64,000 nucleotides of DNA from an uncultured delta proteobacterium (GTDB taxonomy: Bacteria; Myxococcota_A; UBA9160; SZUA-336), in contig CAVPHD010000010.1 of the NCBI GenBank assembly GCA_963704165.1, positions 69,242 to 133,241 on the forward strand. Reading direction: 5' to 3'. This document shows, piece after piece, positions 9,453-20,103 of the stretch. Positions within the stretch are counted from its first letter, which is position 1; the number at the start of each line of letters is the position of its first letter. Position numbers and translations under genes: made by a program. The notes beneath the pieces are model-generated. The model was not told the origin of the DNA. It saw nothing but the letters and a program-made list of their open reading frames with translations, and did no database searches.

Positions 9453-11714
9453 CTACGCACCGCCTGCGCGGGCGGGGCTCTCCCGGGGAATGACCTTCGC
9501 GACGCCGCTGAGCGGAAGCGAGCGGATGCGGCGCCCGCTGGCGGCAAAGATCGCATTCGCGACCGCGGGAGCGATCGGCGGTGTCGCGGGCTCACCCACG
9601 CCGGTCGGAGGGGCGTCGCTTTCGATGATCGTCACCTCGATCTCGGGGATCTCGCCGAAACCCAGGATCGGATAGTCGTGAAAGCCGCTCTGCTCGACTC
9701 GCCCGTCCCTGACCGTGATGCGGCCTCGAAGGGCGGCGCTGAGACCGAAGAGGATGCTTCCCTCGACCTGCGCGCGGATCGTGTCGGGGTTCAGCGCACG
9801 TCCGCAGTCGATCGCACAGAACACGCGGTGGACCTTCGGAACGCCGGCGCCATCGACGCTGACTTCGGCAACCTGGCAGACCGTCGTTCCGACCATCGCG
9901 AACTGCGCGATCCCGAGCGCGCGGCCGGCTCGGGGTGGACGCCCCCAGCCCGAGAGCTCGGCCGCGCGATCGAGCACGTCGCGGTCGCGGCCCGTGAGCA
10001 ACGCGCGGCGGAATTCGAACGGATCGCTCGAGGCGGCGTGGGCCAGCTCGTCGATGAAGCTCTCGAGAAAGAACGCGTTCTGCGAGGCCGGGACCGCGCG
10101 CCACCAACCGATGGGCAGCGGGTTCTCGACGAGCGAGTACTCGAGTCTCTGGTTCGGCACCCGGTAGTTCAGCGGTGGCGAGCTGCCCGCGACGATCCAA
10201 TCGATGCCGGATCGCGCGACGTGCGGAAGCCGCCACCAGACGAAGTCCGGCAGATAGCCCTCGGGGGCGAGTGGCGAGCCGATCCGCTTCTCGGCGCGTC
10301 CGATCGCCGCGCGCAGCCAGCTCGGCAGCGCGCGATCCGAGTACGGTCCGGCGACGTGATGCACGAACGCTTCGGGTCGTCCCGATGCGTCGAGGGACGC
10401 CCGTAGGTGCGCCGCGCAGGCCGGGCGGTAGAAGTCGTGGCGAAGGTCGTCCTCGCGCGACCAGATCAACTTGACCGGCCGGGCGACGGCTCGAGACGCG
10501 AGCGCCGCCTGCACCGCGTAGTCGGTTTCCGCACGGCGTCCGAACCCTCCACCCATCAGCGTCGCGTGGACGGTGACATTCTCGGGTTCGATCTCGAGGG
10601 CGCGTCCGACATCCTCGCGAATCTGCGAGGGCGCTTGCGTCGGAGCCCAGATCTCGCAGCGATCGTCGCGGACGCTCGCCGTGCAGTTCATCGGCTCCAT
10701 GGTCGCGTGCGCGAGATAGGGAACCTCGTAGCGGGCCTCGATCACCGGATTTCCGCGCGCGAAGACCGATTCCGCGTCTCCGATCTCTCCCGCGACGAGC
10801 CCCGGCGTGTCGAGCGCCTCGCGCAGCTCGAGCGAGTACGCGGGCGTGTCGATCGCCGCTTCGCCGCCGGTGAAGACCGGAGCGAGAACCTCGAGCGCCT
10901 TGCGCGCCTGCCAGTAGTGATCGGCGACGACGGCGACACCGCTCGGAATCTCGACGACCGCGCGAACACCGTCCATTCGGCGCGCCGCCTCGTGCTCGGC
11001 GCGCTCGAGCCTGCCCCCGCGCGCCTTCGAGAACGCGGGCGCGGCGTGGAGCATTCCCTCGATCTTCACGTCGATCCCGAAGATCGCCTCGCCGCGCACC
11101 TTGTCGGGAACGTCGAGCCGAGGCAGGTCCGTCCCGAGCAACCGGAACTTCTCCGGCGGCTTCAGCTCGACCTGGCTCGGCACCGGCCTCGACGCGGCGC
11201 GCGCAGCCACCTCGCCGTAGTCGAGCCCGCGCCGAGTCGGCGCGTGCGAGATTCGTCCTCGGCTCACCGCGCACTCCGAGACCGGCACCGACCAGATGTC
11301 GGCAGCGGCTGCGACGAGCATCGCTCGAGCGGCCGCGCCCGCGATGCGAAGCGGTTCATAGGCGTCGCGGATGCTCGTACTCGCGCCCGTGATCACGTTT
11401 CGAAGCGGTCCGTCGAAGGTCCGGGACTCGACGGCGACCTGGTCCCACTCGACGTCCAGCTCCTCGGCGACGAGCGCCGCGAGCGTGCTGTGCACGCCCT
11501 GCCCCATCTCGGCCTTCTCGACCCAGATCGTGACGCGCCCGTCCTCCGCGACGCGAATCCAAGACCCGACCGGCGTCGCAAATCCCGCGATCGCCGCGTC
11601 CGCGGCTCGCGATGCGCGGGGAACCCCGAGCACCAGACCACCGACGAACGCGGCGCCGGTGCGCAGGAAGCCCCGTCGGCTGAGATTGACCAGGGACTCA
11701 GTCGCGCGACGCAT
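9453..11714 (-). CDS. Xanthine dehydrogenase family molybdopterin-binding subunit (IorB-like), Tat-exported
   Basis: SRRGFL twin-arginine signal, [30 protein letters not shown] at 11714. Confidence 0.92.
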   Translation of the reverse strand: MRRATESLVNLSRRGFLRTGAAFVGGLVLGVPRASRAADAAIAGFATPVGSWIRVAEDGRVTIWVEKAEMGQGVHSTLAALVAEELDVEWDQVAVESRTFDGPLRNVITGASTSIRDAYEPLRIAGAAARAMLVAAAADIWSVPVSECAVSRGRISHAPTRRGLDYGEVAARAASRPVPSQVELKPPEKFRLLGTDLPRLDVPDKVRGEAIFGIDVKIEGMLHAAPAFSKARGGRLERAEHEAARRMDGVRAVVEIPSGVAVVADHYWQARKALEVLAPVFTGGEAAIDTPAYSLELREALDTPGLVAGEIGDAESVFARGNPVIEARYEVPYLAHATMEPMNCTASVRDDRCEIWAPTQAPSQIREDVGRALEIEPENVTVHATLMGGGFGRRAETDYAVQAALASRAVARPVKLIWSREDDLRHDFYRPACAAHLRASLDASGRPEAFVHHVAGPYSDRALPSWLRAAIGRAEKRIGSPLAPEGYLPDFVWWRLPHVARSGIDWIVAGSSPPLNYRVPNQRLEYSLVENPLPIGWWRAVPASQNAFFLESFIDELAHAASSDPFEFRRALLTGRDRDVLDRAAELSGWGRPPRAGRALGIAQFAMVGTTVCQVAEVSVDGAGVPKVHRVFCAIDCGRALNPDTIRAQVEGSILFGLSAALRGRITVRDGRVEQSGFHDYPILGFGEIPEIEVTIIESDAPPTGVGEPATPPIAPAVANAIFAASGRRIRSLPLSGVAKVIPRESPARAGGA

Positions 11715-12186
11715 CGAGCGGCTCTTCCCCCGCGCCGGGGCGCGAACGCGCGGCGCGATGGATCGCGCGCCGGATGCGCGGATACGTCCCACAGCGACAC
11801 AGATTGGTGATCGCCACATCGATCTGCGCGTCGCTCGGCGTCGGAATCGCGGACAGAAGCGCCGCGACCGCCATGATCATTCCGGGCTGACAATATCCGC
11901 ACTGGGGCACCTGCTCGGCGATCCACGCTTCGAAGATCCGCTGGTCGCTTCCCGATGCGAGACCTTCGATCGTCACGACCTCGGACGACCCGACCGCCGA
12001 GATCGGAATCACGCACGAGCGCACGGCCTGGCCGTCGAGGTGCACGGTGCAGGTTCCGCACTGGCCGACCCCGCAACCGAACTTGGTTCCGGAGAGACCG
12101 AGGTGGTCTCGGATCACCCAGAGCAGCGGCGTGTCGCCGGGGACATCGACGTCGCGCTTCTCGCCATTGATCACGAGCACGGCCAT
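11698..12186 (-). CDS. (2Fe-2S)-binding small subunit (IorA/CoxS-like)
   Basis: [24 protein letters not shown] and NLCRCGTY motifs; ATG at 12186. Confidence 0.93.
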   Translation of the reverse strand: MAVLVINGEKRDVDVPGDTPLLWVIRDHLGLSGTKFGCGVGQCGTCTVHLDGQAVRSCVIPISAVGSSEVVTIEGLASGSDQRIFEAWIAEQVPQCGYCQPGMIMAVAALLSAIPTPSDAQIDVAITNLCRCGTYPRIRRAIHRAARSRPGAGEEPLDASRD

Positions 12187-12345
12187 CTGCGCGCGAGGGT
12201 AGCCATCCGACCCACGCTGCGCACCGTGACCGGCTCGTGCTCGGTTGTCCGGGAGTTCGCGGGAAGTGCTTCGGTGCTCGATCGAGAGTGGCGAGTAAGT
12301 CCCGCGCTCCTTCGCCACCACCCAGAGTACCGACGGAGACGGTGC

Positions 12346-12371
12346 TTGACTTGACCACGCGACCTGCCGAT
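12346..12371 (+). promoter_or_regulatory. Possible sigma-28-like promoter for the NDP-sugar operon
   Basis: TTGAC-N15-GCCGAT about 85 nt upstream of the ATG at 12456; the -35 match is weaker. Confidence 0.3.
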
Positions 12372-12455
12372 CGTGTCGAGAGGTGCCAACCCCCTGAATG
12401 CGCTCGGAGACGGCCGCCCACGGGCGCGTCCTTGCGATCGAACGGAGCGACTCGG

Positions 12456-13547
12456 ATGAGATCTCCCACGCCCGCCCGCGTGCTGGTCCTCTCCGACCGG
12501 GAGATCGATCCCTCCGTCTCCAGAACCGGGACCTTCGAGTTCGAAGATCTGATCTGCGCGGTCGATGCCGTCGACGTCGTCCCCTTGGGCCTTCCCGCGG
12601 GACGGATTCGGCGCCGACTCGAGCGAATCCTCCCAGGCGCGTTTCGGACCCCGGCGAGGTTCGCCCGCGCCAGGCCCTACGACCTGCTCTTCGCCTCGTT
12701 TCACTCGCTCTCCGAGCTCGCGCGCCTGCATCCGCTCGGCCGCATCCTCGGTCTGGCGCGACACAGCGCGATCAACATCGACGAGCTCTGGTGCACGTCG
12801 CTGCTGCGCCGCACCGGCGATCTCGAGCTGATTCGCCGTTTCGACAGGATCTACTCGCCCTGTGCCGGCGCACTCGAGCTGCTCCGAAACGCGACCGGTC
12901 GCCCCTGCGATCACCTCGCGCCGTCCATCGATGCGATTCGCTTCGCTCCGAGCGCCCGACCGCTTCGCCGCGTCATCGACATCCACCTGATGGGTCGCCG
13001 ACGGCCGGATCTGCATCAAGCGCTCTCCGAGGCCGCCGAGAAGTCGGACCGCTTCTACTATTTCGACTCGCTGCGCACGAACCCTCCGATGCCGAACTAC
13101 GTCGAGCACCGGATGCGCCTCTCCGAACTCGTCCGCAGGACGCGTTACTTCGTCGTCGACATCGCGAACTCGGATTTCCCCGAGAAGCGCGGCGACCAGG
13201 AAGAGTACGGTCCGCGCTTCGTCGAGGGCGCGGCCGGTGGCGCGATCCTGATCGGCCGCGCGCCCCGAACGCCGGTCTTCGATGCACAGTTCTGGCCCCA
13301 CGCGGTGCACGCGATCGAGCCGGATGCCGCGGGGATCGCTCGCGTTCTCGACGAACTCGACGCGCAGCCCGAGAAGACCGAGCGCATGCGGCGCGCAAAC
13401 GTCGTCGGGGTGATGCGACGCCACGACGGTGTGTATCGCTGGGAACAGATCCTGCGCGGCGCAGGCCTCGAGCCACTGCCGGCCCTGATCGAACGCAAGC
13501 GGAGGCTCGATCAGCTCGCCTCCGTCATCGAGAGCGCAGACGAGTGA
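12456..13547 (+). CDS. Glycosyltransferase, CgeB-like / GT-B (Glyco_trans_1_2 C-terminal domain)
   Basis: '[16 protein letters not shown]' and '[13 protein letters not shown]' resemble the CgeB-type R-x-FE...H motifs; first gene of a sugar operon. Confidence 0.7.
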   Translation: MRSPTPARVLVLSDREIDPSVSRTGTFEFEDLICAVDAVDVVPLGLPAGRIRRRLERILPGAFRTPARFARARPYDLLFASFHSLSELARLHPLGRILGLARHSAINIDELWCTSLLRRTGDLELIRRFDRIYSPCAGALELLRNATGRPCDHLAPSIDAIRFAPSARPLRRVIDIHLMGRRRPDLHQALSEAAEKSDRFYYFDSLRTNPPMPNYVEHRMRLSELVRRTRYFVVDIANSDFPEKRGDQEEYGPRFVEGAAGGAILIGRAPRTPVFDAQFWPHAVHAIEPDAAGIARVLDELDAQPEKTERMRRANVVGVMRRHDGVYRWEQILRGAGLEPLPALIERKRRLDQLASVIESADE

Positions 13548-13587
13548 GTTCGCGCGGCATCGCGGCACGACGAAGCGGGAGACACGC

Positions 13588-14241
13588 GTGCGCAGGCTGA
13601 ACCTCGGCTCCGGCGAAGGCGCCGCGCTGCGGATCCTCTGCCTCGGCGCGCACAGCGACGACATCGAGCTCGGCTGCGGCGGAGCGATCCTGACCCTGCT
13701 CGCTTCGCACCCGGGAAGCGTGGTCCGCTGGGTGGTGTTCAGCGGCGACGACACGCGGGCCGCCGAGGCCCGGGCGAGCGCTTCGGACTTCCTCGCATCC
13801 GCCGGCGAGCGCGACGTCCGAACGCTCGACTTTCGCGAGTCCTTCTTCCCGTACGACGGCGCGCCGATCAAGTCGGCCGTCGAGTCTTTGAAGGACTTCG
13901 CGCCCGACCTGATCTTCACGCACCGGGGCGAGGACCGTCACCAGGATCACCGCCTGATCGCGGAGCTGACCTGGAACAGCTTTCGCGACCACCTGATCCT
14001 CGAGTACGAGATTCCCAAGTACGATGCGGACCTGCGCAGTCCACAAGTCTTCGTTCCGCTCGAAGCTTCCGTGTGTCGGGAGAAGTGCCGGTTGATCCGC
14101 AAGCACTTCGCGTCTCAATCGACCCGGACCTGGTTCGACGAAGAGATCTTCCTCGGGCTGATGCGGATCCGCGGCATGGAGTGCCGATCGAGCTCCGGAT
14201 ATGCCGAGGCCTTCGACGCGCGTAAGCTGGTGCTCGGTTAG
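13588..14241 (+). CDS. PIG-L/LmbE family deacetylase
   Basis: GAHSDDIELGCGG and HQDH metal-binding motifs. Confidence 0.9.
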   Translation: MRRLNLGSGEGAALRILCLGAHSDDIELGCGGAILTLLASHPGSVVRWVVFSGDDTRAAEARASASDFLASAGERDVRTLDFRESFFPYDGAPIKSAVESLKDFAPDLIFTHRGEDRHQDHRLIAELTWNSFRDHLILEYEIPKYDADLRSPQVFVPLEASVCREKCRLIRKHFASQSTRTWFDEEIFLGLMRIRGMECRSSSGYAEAFDARKLVLG

Positions 14242-14245
14242 GGAG

Positions 14246-15533
14246 ATGGACGTGGCGCCCTCCGGGTCTCCGACGACGACCGATGCGCAGCCTCCGTGCC
14301 GCCTCTGCGGCGCGAAGCTCGCACACGTCGCCTTGGATCTGGGCATGTCGCCGCTCTGCCAGACCCAGATCCAGCCGGACCAGCTCGACCGGAGCGAGGA
14401 ATTCTTCCCGCTTCGCGTACGCGTCTGCGATCGCTGCTTCCTCGTCCAGCTCGCGGAGTCGGTCAGTCCACAGCGGCTGTTCCACGACTACCCGTATTTC
14501 TCCTCGTACGTCGATGCGCTGGTCGAGTCGGGGCGACGCTATTGCGAGGCGATGACCGATCGCTTCCGTCTCGGGAAGCACAGCCGCGTGGTCGAGGTCG
14601 CGAGCAACGACGGCTACCTGCTCCAGCACTTCGTCGCGCGCGGGATTCCCGTCGCTCGGCATCGAGCCGGCGGCCAACGTCGCGGCCGCCGCGATCGCGC
14701 GCGGCGTGCCGACGCATGTCGGCGTTCTTCGGCCGCCAGACGGCGCAGCGACATCGCCGCGCGCGGACGGACGCGCCGACCTGCTGCTCGGGAACAACGT
14801 CTTCGCCCACGTGCCCGACCTGAACGACTTCGTGGCCGGACTGAAGATCCTGCTCGCCGAACGCGGCGTGATCACGCTCGAGTTCCCGCACCTGCTGACG
14901 CTGCTCGAAGGCAACCAGTTCGACACGATCTACCACGAGCACTTCTCGTACTTCTCGTTCACGACCGCCGAGCGCGCCCTGGCCGCTCACGGGCTGACCG
15001 TCTTCGACGTCGAGGAGATCCCGAATCACGGCGGCTCGCTGCGCATCTACGCGCGACACGCCGAGGACGAGTCCCGGCCGTCGAGCGCCGCCGTCGGCGC
15101 GCTCCGTTCTCGCGAGCGCGCGGCCGGGCTCCAGAGCGTCGAGCGCTACCGCGCCTTCGGACAGCAGGTTCACGCGACCAAGTTCGCGCTGCTCGACACG
15201 CTGATCGGGCTCAAGCGCGCGGGCAAGTCGATCGTCGGCTACGGGGCCGCCGGCAAGAGCGTGACGCTCCTGAACTACTGCGGAATCCGGACCGACTTCC
15301 TCGACTACTGCGTCGATCGCAACCCGGCCAAGCAGGGCACGTTTCTCGCGGGCGTTCGGATTCCGATCTACGCGCCCGAGCGGATCGCAGAGACGCGACC
15401 CGACTACGTGCTGATCCTGCCCTGGAACCTGCGCGACGAGGTGATCCGCTACACCGCTGGCATTCGCGAGTGGGGAGGACGCTGGATCGTGCCGATCCCG
15501 AAGCTCGAGATCGTGGATTCGGGCACGCGATGA
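14246..15533 (+). CDS. NDP-sugar C-methyltransferase (class I SAM-dependent, Zn-binding), frameshifted around 14650-14770
   Basis: CRLCG..CDRC Zn motif and EVASNDG in one frame; GIEPAANVA in a second; NNVFAHVPD, YHEHFSY, GYGAAGK and ILPWNL in ORF 14706..15533. Confidence 0.88.
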
Positions 15534-16643
15534 AGAACGCGAACGACGTGGTGGAAGCCGATCTCGCGGAGCTGCGGCAGGCGCTCTCGCGCGAGCTGCC
15601 AGAGCTCGCGGGCAAGCACGTGCTGATCGTCGGGGGCGCGGGCTTTCTCGGCTACTACCTGGTCCAGACGCTGACCTCGGCGAATCGCGTCGGCGCCGTC
15701 GCGCCGAAGATCCGCGTGACGGTCTGGGACAGCTACGCGCGCGGACTGCCCGACTGGCTGGCCGCGCTCGAGGGCGATCCGATGCTCACGCTCGAAAAGC
15801 GCGACATCACCGATCCGATCGGCCCGAACGTCGGTGACTTCGACTACGTCGTGCACGCGGCATCGATCGCCTCGCCGACCTACTACAAGCGCTGTCCGAT
15901 CGAGACCATGGACGCGAACGTGAACGGGCTGCGCAACCTGCTCGAGTACGCGCGCCGGCAGGCCGACGCGTCGCGACCGCTCGCGGGATTTCTGTTCTTC
16001 TCCTCGAGCGAGATCTACGGAGACCCGCCCGCGGACGCGATCCCGACGCCCGAGACCTACCGCGGCAACGTCTCGTGCACGGGGCCACGCGCCTGCTACG
16101 ACGAGTCGAAGCGCTTCGGCGAGACGCTCTGCGTGAACTTCGCGCAGCAGCACGGCGTACGGGTGGCGATGGCCCGGCCGTTCAACAACATCGGGCCGGG
16201 GCTGAAGATCAGCGATCGCCGCGTCCTGCCCGACTTCGCGCGGGACGTGCTCGCGGGTCGCCCGATCGAGATGCTCTCCGACGGCGGACCGCGCCGCACC
16301 TACTGCTACGTCGGCGACGCGATCGCCGGCTACTACAAGATCCTCGTCCGCGGCCGCCCCGGGGAGCCCTACAACATCGGCGTCGAGTCCCCCGAGATCT
16401 CGGTGACCGAGCTCGCGGAGCGCGTCTCGCGCATCGCAGCCGAGCTCTTCGGCTACGCGGGGGGCGTGATCCGGTCGCACTCGTCCGACTCGACCTACCT
16501 CGAAGACAATCCCGCCCGACGCTGTCCGACGATCGCCAAGGCGCGAACCGAGCTCGGCTACGCGCCGAGCGTGACGCTCGACGACGCCCTGCGCCGCTCG
16601 CTGCTCTGGTACCGCGATCACCCGAGCGCGGGAGACCGAGTGA
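15530..16643 (+). CDS. NAD-dependent epimerase/dehydratase, UDP-glucuronate decarboxylase (Uxs)-like; reads in frame into the next gene as assembled
   Basis: GGAGFLG, AASIASP, SSSEIYG, GPRACYDESKR, DNPARRCP; ATG overlaps the methyltransferase stop (ATGA). Confidence 0.85.
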
Positions 16644-17977
16644 TGCGCGTCTCGATCGTCGGCGCCGGCTACGTCGGCCTCGTGACCGCTGCGTGCCTCG
16701 CCGAGAAGGGGCACGACCTCGTCTGCGTCGACCTCGACCGCGAGCGCGTCGCGCAGATCAACCGCGGCGAGTCGCCCATCTTCGAGCGCGGTCTAGCCGA
16801 GCTGCTCGCGAAGCACGCGGGGAAGAGGCTCGTCGCCAGCACCGATCTGCGCGAAGCCGTCGAGCGAACCGAGCTCTCGCTGATCGCCGTCGGAACGCCG
16901 TTCGACGGCCGCGCGATCGATCTGCGCGGAGTCGAGCGCGCCGCGCGCGAGCTCGGCGAAGCGATCCGCGAGAAGACCGAGCCCCACATCGTCGTCGTCA
17001 AGAGCACGGTCGTACCGGGCACGACCGACTCGGTGATTCGCAGCGCTCTCGAGTCGGGCTCGGGCAAGCGCGCCGGAGCCGATTTCGGTCTCGGCGTGAA
17101 CCCGGAGTTCCTGACCGAAGGCGAAGCCGTCTCCGATTTCATGGAGCCGGACCGCATCGTGATCGGGGCCTCCGACGAGCGGACGCGCGACGCGCTCACC
17201 CGGCTCTACGCGGGCTTCGCGGGCGTCGATGTCGTGCACACGAACAACTCGACGGCCGAGATGATCAAGTACGCCTCGAACGCGCTGCTCGCGACGCTGA
17301 TCTCGTTCTCCAACGAGCTCGCGAACCTCGGCGCGGAGATCGGGGGCATCGACACCGTCGACGTGAGCCGCGGCCTGCGCACGAGCCGCTACCTCGCCTG
17401 CGCACAGCCCGATGGCGAGACGAGCGTCGCCCCGATCTTCTCGTTCCTGCTCGCGGGCTGCGGCTTCGGCGGCAGCTGTCTGCCGAAGGACGTCGCCGCG
17501 CTGCACGCGGAGGGACGCAGGCGCGGTCTGCCGATGGCGGTCCTCGATGCGGTTCTGCGCGTCAACGCCGCGCAGCCGAGCGAGGTGATCCGCAGGATCG
17601 AGAAGCACTTCCCCGATCTCACGGGGAAGCGCGTGTCCGTCCTCGGGCTCGCGTTCCGCCCGGATACGGACGACCTGCGCGAATCACCCGCCATCCCGAT
17701 CGTGCGCGAGCTCGTCGCCCGCGGCGCGCGCGTCCGCGGGTACGACCCACGAGCGTCGGAGAACGCGGCCAGGATCTTCGGGAGCCAGCTCGAGCTCTGT
17801 TCTTCGCTCGAAGAGGCGCTCGTCGGCTGCGAGGCCGCAGTGCTCGTGACCCGCTGGCGCGAGTTCGATGCGATCCCGGACCTGATCGCCTCCCTGAACC
17901 CGGACGTGGTCTTCGTCGATGGTCGCCGCATGCTCCCGAAGGATCGGATCGCGAATTACGAGGGGATCGGCACGTGA
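16643..17977 (+). CDS. ugd: UDP-glucose/GDP-mannose dehydrogenase
   Basis: GAGYVG, AVGTP, KSTVVPGT, NPEFLTEG, GFGGSCLPKD (catalytic Cys), DDLRESP, DGR. Confidence 0.92.
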   Translation: MRVSIVGAGYVGLVTAACLAEKGHDLVCVDLDRERVAQINRGESPIFERGLAELLAKHAGKRLVASTDLREAVERTELSLIAVGTPFDGRAIDLRGVERAARELGEAIREKTEPHIVVVKSTVVPGTTDSVIRSALESGSGKRAGADFGLGVNPEFLTEGEAVSDFMEPDRIVIGASDERTRDALTRLYAGFAGVDVVHTNNSTAEMIKYASNALLATLISFSNELANLGAEIGGIDTVDVSRGLRTSRYLACAQPDGETSVAPIFSFLLAGCGFGGSCLPKDVAALHAEGRRRGLPMAVLDAVLRVNAAQPSEVIRRIEKHFPDLTGKRVSVLGLAFRPDTDDLRESPAIPIVRELVARGARVRGYDPRASENAARIFGSQLELCSSLEEALVGCEAAVLVTRWREFDAIPDLIASLNPDVVFVDGRRMLPKDRIANYEGIGT

Positions 17978-19287
17978 GGCCCTTCGCCCTCGATCACCTC
18001 GGATCACGCGTGTGCACCGACGACGCGGGAAAGACGATGCACGAGCTGATCCGGGAGCTCTATCCGCTGTGCCGGAGCGTGACCGGCGACGGCGTGCGCG
18101 AGACGCTGCGCATCGTCGGCCGGGGCCTGCCGCTCGAGATCCACGAAGTTCCGAGCGGAACGCAGGTGCTCGACTGGGTGGTTCCGCAGGAGTGGAACGT
18201 CCGCGAGGCGTGGCTTCGGGACCCGGACGGAAAGACGATCGCCGATCTCCGCGATTCCAATCTCCACGTCGTCGGGTACAGCACGCCGATCCGCGCGCGG
18301 CTCTCGCTCGAAGAGCTGCGCCCGCACCTGCACTCGCTTCCCGACCATCCCGACTGGATCCCGTACCGGAGCTCCGTCTATCGGCCGGACTGGGGGTTCT
18401 GTCTGCCGCATCGGAGCCTCGAGAGACTCACTCCGGGGGAATACGAGCTGCGGATCGACTCGACGCTCGAAGACGGCAGCCTGAGCTACGGCGAGGTGGT
18501 TCTGCCGGGTGAGTCCAGTGAAGAGGTGCTGCTCTCGAGTCACGTCTGCCATCCGTCGCTGTGCAACGACAACCTCTCGGGTATCGCCCTGCTCACGCTT
18601 CTCGGTCGCTACCTGGCCGACATCAGGCATCGCTACACGTATCGATTGCTCTTCGCGCCGGTGACGATCGGCGCGATCAGTTGGCTCGCGAGAAACGAGA
18701 GCGCGCTGCGGCGCATCCGCCACGGGCTCGTGGTGACGCTCGTCGGCGACTCCGGTCCGATCACCTACAAACGGAGCCGGCGCGGCGACGCGCCGATCGA
18801 CCGCGCCTTCGCCCACGTGCTCGCGCGCCACGGCCCGCACGAGATTCGCGACTTCGATCCGCTCGGGTACGACGAGCGCCAGTTCTGCTCGCCGGGATTC
18901 GATCTGCCGGTGGGCTGCCTGATGCGCACGCCGCACGGTGAGTTCCCGGAGTACCACAGCTCGGCCGACGACCTCGACTTCGTGAAGCCGAGCGCGCTCC
19001 AGGACTCGCTCGTGGCGCTGCTCGGCGTGCTCGACGTGCTCGAACACGAACGCCGCTATCGGAACCTGGCGCCCCGCGGCGAGCCGCAGCTCGGTCGCCG
19101 GGGCGTGCTCGGTCCGGGTGCGTTCGGCGGCCCGCTCCAGCGCGCCATGGCGTGGGTGCTCAATCTCTCCGATGGTCACAACAGCCTGCTCGACATCGCG
19201 GAACGCTCGCGGCTCCCGTTCGCGACGCTTCACGAGGCCGCGAGCGCGCTGTCCTCACACGGTCTGCTCGAGCCGATCGATGGGTGA
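17974..19287 (+). CDS. DUF4910/DUF2172 polysaccharide-biosynthesis aminopeptidase-like protein with C-terminal HTH
   Basis: CRSVTGDGVRETL, HVCHPSLCNDNLSG, GYDERQFCSPG, EYHSSAD, LNLSDG; GTG at 17974 overlaps the ugd stop (alternative ATG at 18037). Confidence 0.88.
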   Translation: MRPFALDHLGSRVCTDDAGKTMHELIRELYPLCRSVTGDGVRETLRIVGRGLPLEIHEVPSGTQVLDWVVPQEWNVREAWLRDPDGKTIADLRDSNLHVVGYSTPIRARLSLEELRPHLHSLPDHPDWIPYRSSVYRPDWGFCLPHRSLERLTPGEYELRIDSTLEDGSLSYGEVVLPGESSEEVLLSSHVCHPSLCNDNLSGIALLTLLGRYLADIRHRYTYRLLFAPVTIGAISWLARNESALRRIRHGLVVTLVGDSGPITYKRSRRGDAPIDRAFAHVLARHGPHEIRDFDPLGYDERQFCSPGFDLPVGCLMRTPHGEFPEYHSSADDLDFVKPSALQDSLVALLGVLDVLEHERRYRNLAPRGEPQLGRRGVLGPGAFGGPLQRAMAWVLNLSDGHNSLLDIAERSRLPFATLHEAASALSSHGLLEPIDG

Positions 19288-19293
19288 ACTCGA

Positions 19294-20103
19294 ATGAAAG
19301 TCGTCCTCTTCTGCGGTGGATTCGGTTTGCGACTCCGGGGCCTCGCCGAGAACGTGCCGAAGCCGATGGTCTCGATCGGGTATCGCCCGGTCCTCTGGCA
19401 CGTGATGAAGTACTACGCCCACTACGGACACACCGACTTCATCCTCTGCCTCGGCTACAAGGCCGATGCGATCAAAGAGTTCTTCCTGAACTACGACGAG
19501 TGCATCTCGAACGACTTCGTGCTCTCGGGCGGTGAGAACCGGATCGAGCTCCTGCACCGCGACATCGACAATTGGCGCATCACGTTCTGCGACACGGGGC
19601 TCACCGCCACGATCGGCGAGCGCCTTCGCGCCGTGCGCAAGCATCTCGAGGGCGAGGAGTTTTTCTTCGCCAACTACTCCGACGGTCTGTCCGATCTGCC
19701 GCTGGACGATTTCAGCCGGCGCTTCGTCGCGAGCGGAAAGACCGGATCGTTCGTCCTGGTCCGACCCACCCACAGCTTCCACGTCGTCTCGACGCGCGAG
19801 AACGATCTGGTCTCGAGCATCACCGACCTCGGTGTCTCCGACATCCGGATCAACGGCGGATACTTCATGTTCCGCCGCGACATCTTCGACTACATCCGTC
19901 CGGGTGAAGAGCTCGTTCACGAGCCCTTCCAGCGCCTGATCGCGGCGGAGCAGCTGGTCGCCTACGAGCACTCGGGGTTCTGGACCTGCATGGACACGTT
20001 CAAGGATCAGCAGCGCCTCGAGGATCTCTTCGCCTCCGGAGGAGCGCCCTGGGCGCTCTGGCGGGAGAAAGGCTCCGATCGAGGTGGCGGCGAGACCCCG
20101 TGA
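19294..20103 (+). CDS. rfbF: Glucose-1-phosphate cytidylyltransferase-like nucleotidyltransferase
   Basis: LFCGGFGLRL, PKPMV, LCLGYK, NYSDGLSD, INGGYF, GFWTCMDTFKD. Confidence 0.85.
   Translation: MKVVLFCGGFGLRLRGLAENVPKPMVSIGYRPVLWHVMKYYAHYGHTDFILCLGYKADAIKEFFLNYDECISNDFVLSGGENRIELLHRDIDNWRITFCDTGLTATIGERLRAVRKHLEGEEFFFANYSDGLSDLPLDDFSRRFVASGKTGSFVLVRPTHSFHVVSTRENDLVSSITDLGVSDIRINGGYFMFRRDIFDYIRPGEELVHEPFQRLIAAEQLVAYEHSGFWTCMDTFKDQQRLEDLFASGGAPWALWREKGSDRGGGETP

Noticed and set aside
14201..17977. 1258-aa methyltransferase-epimerase-dehydrogenase triple fusion in the ORF track
   Set aside because: The middle section is out-of-frame, Arg-rich translation caused by frameshifts in the methyltransferase, whose real C-terminus is in ORF 14706..15533
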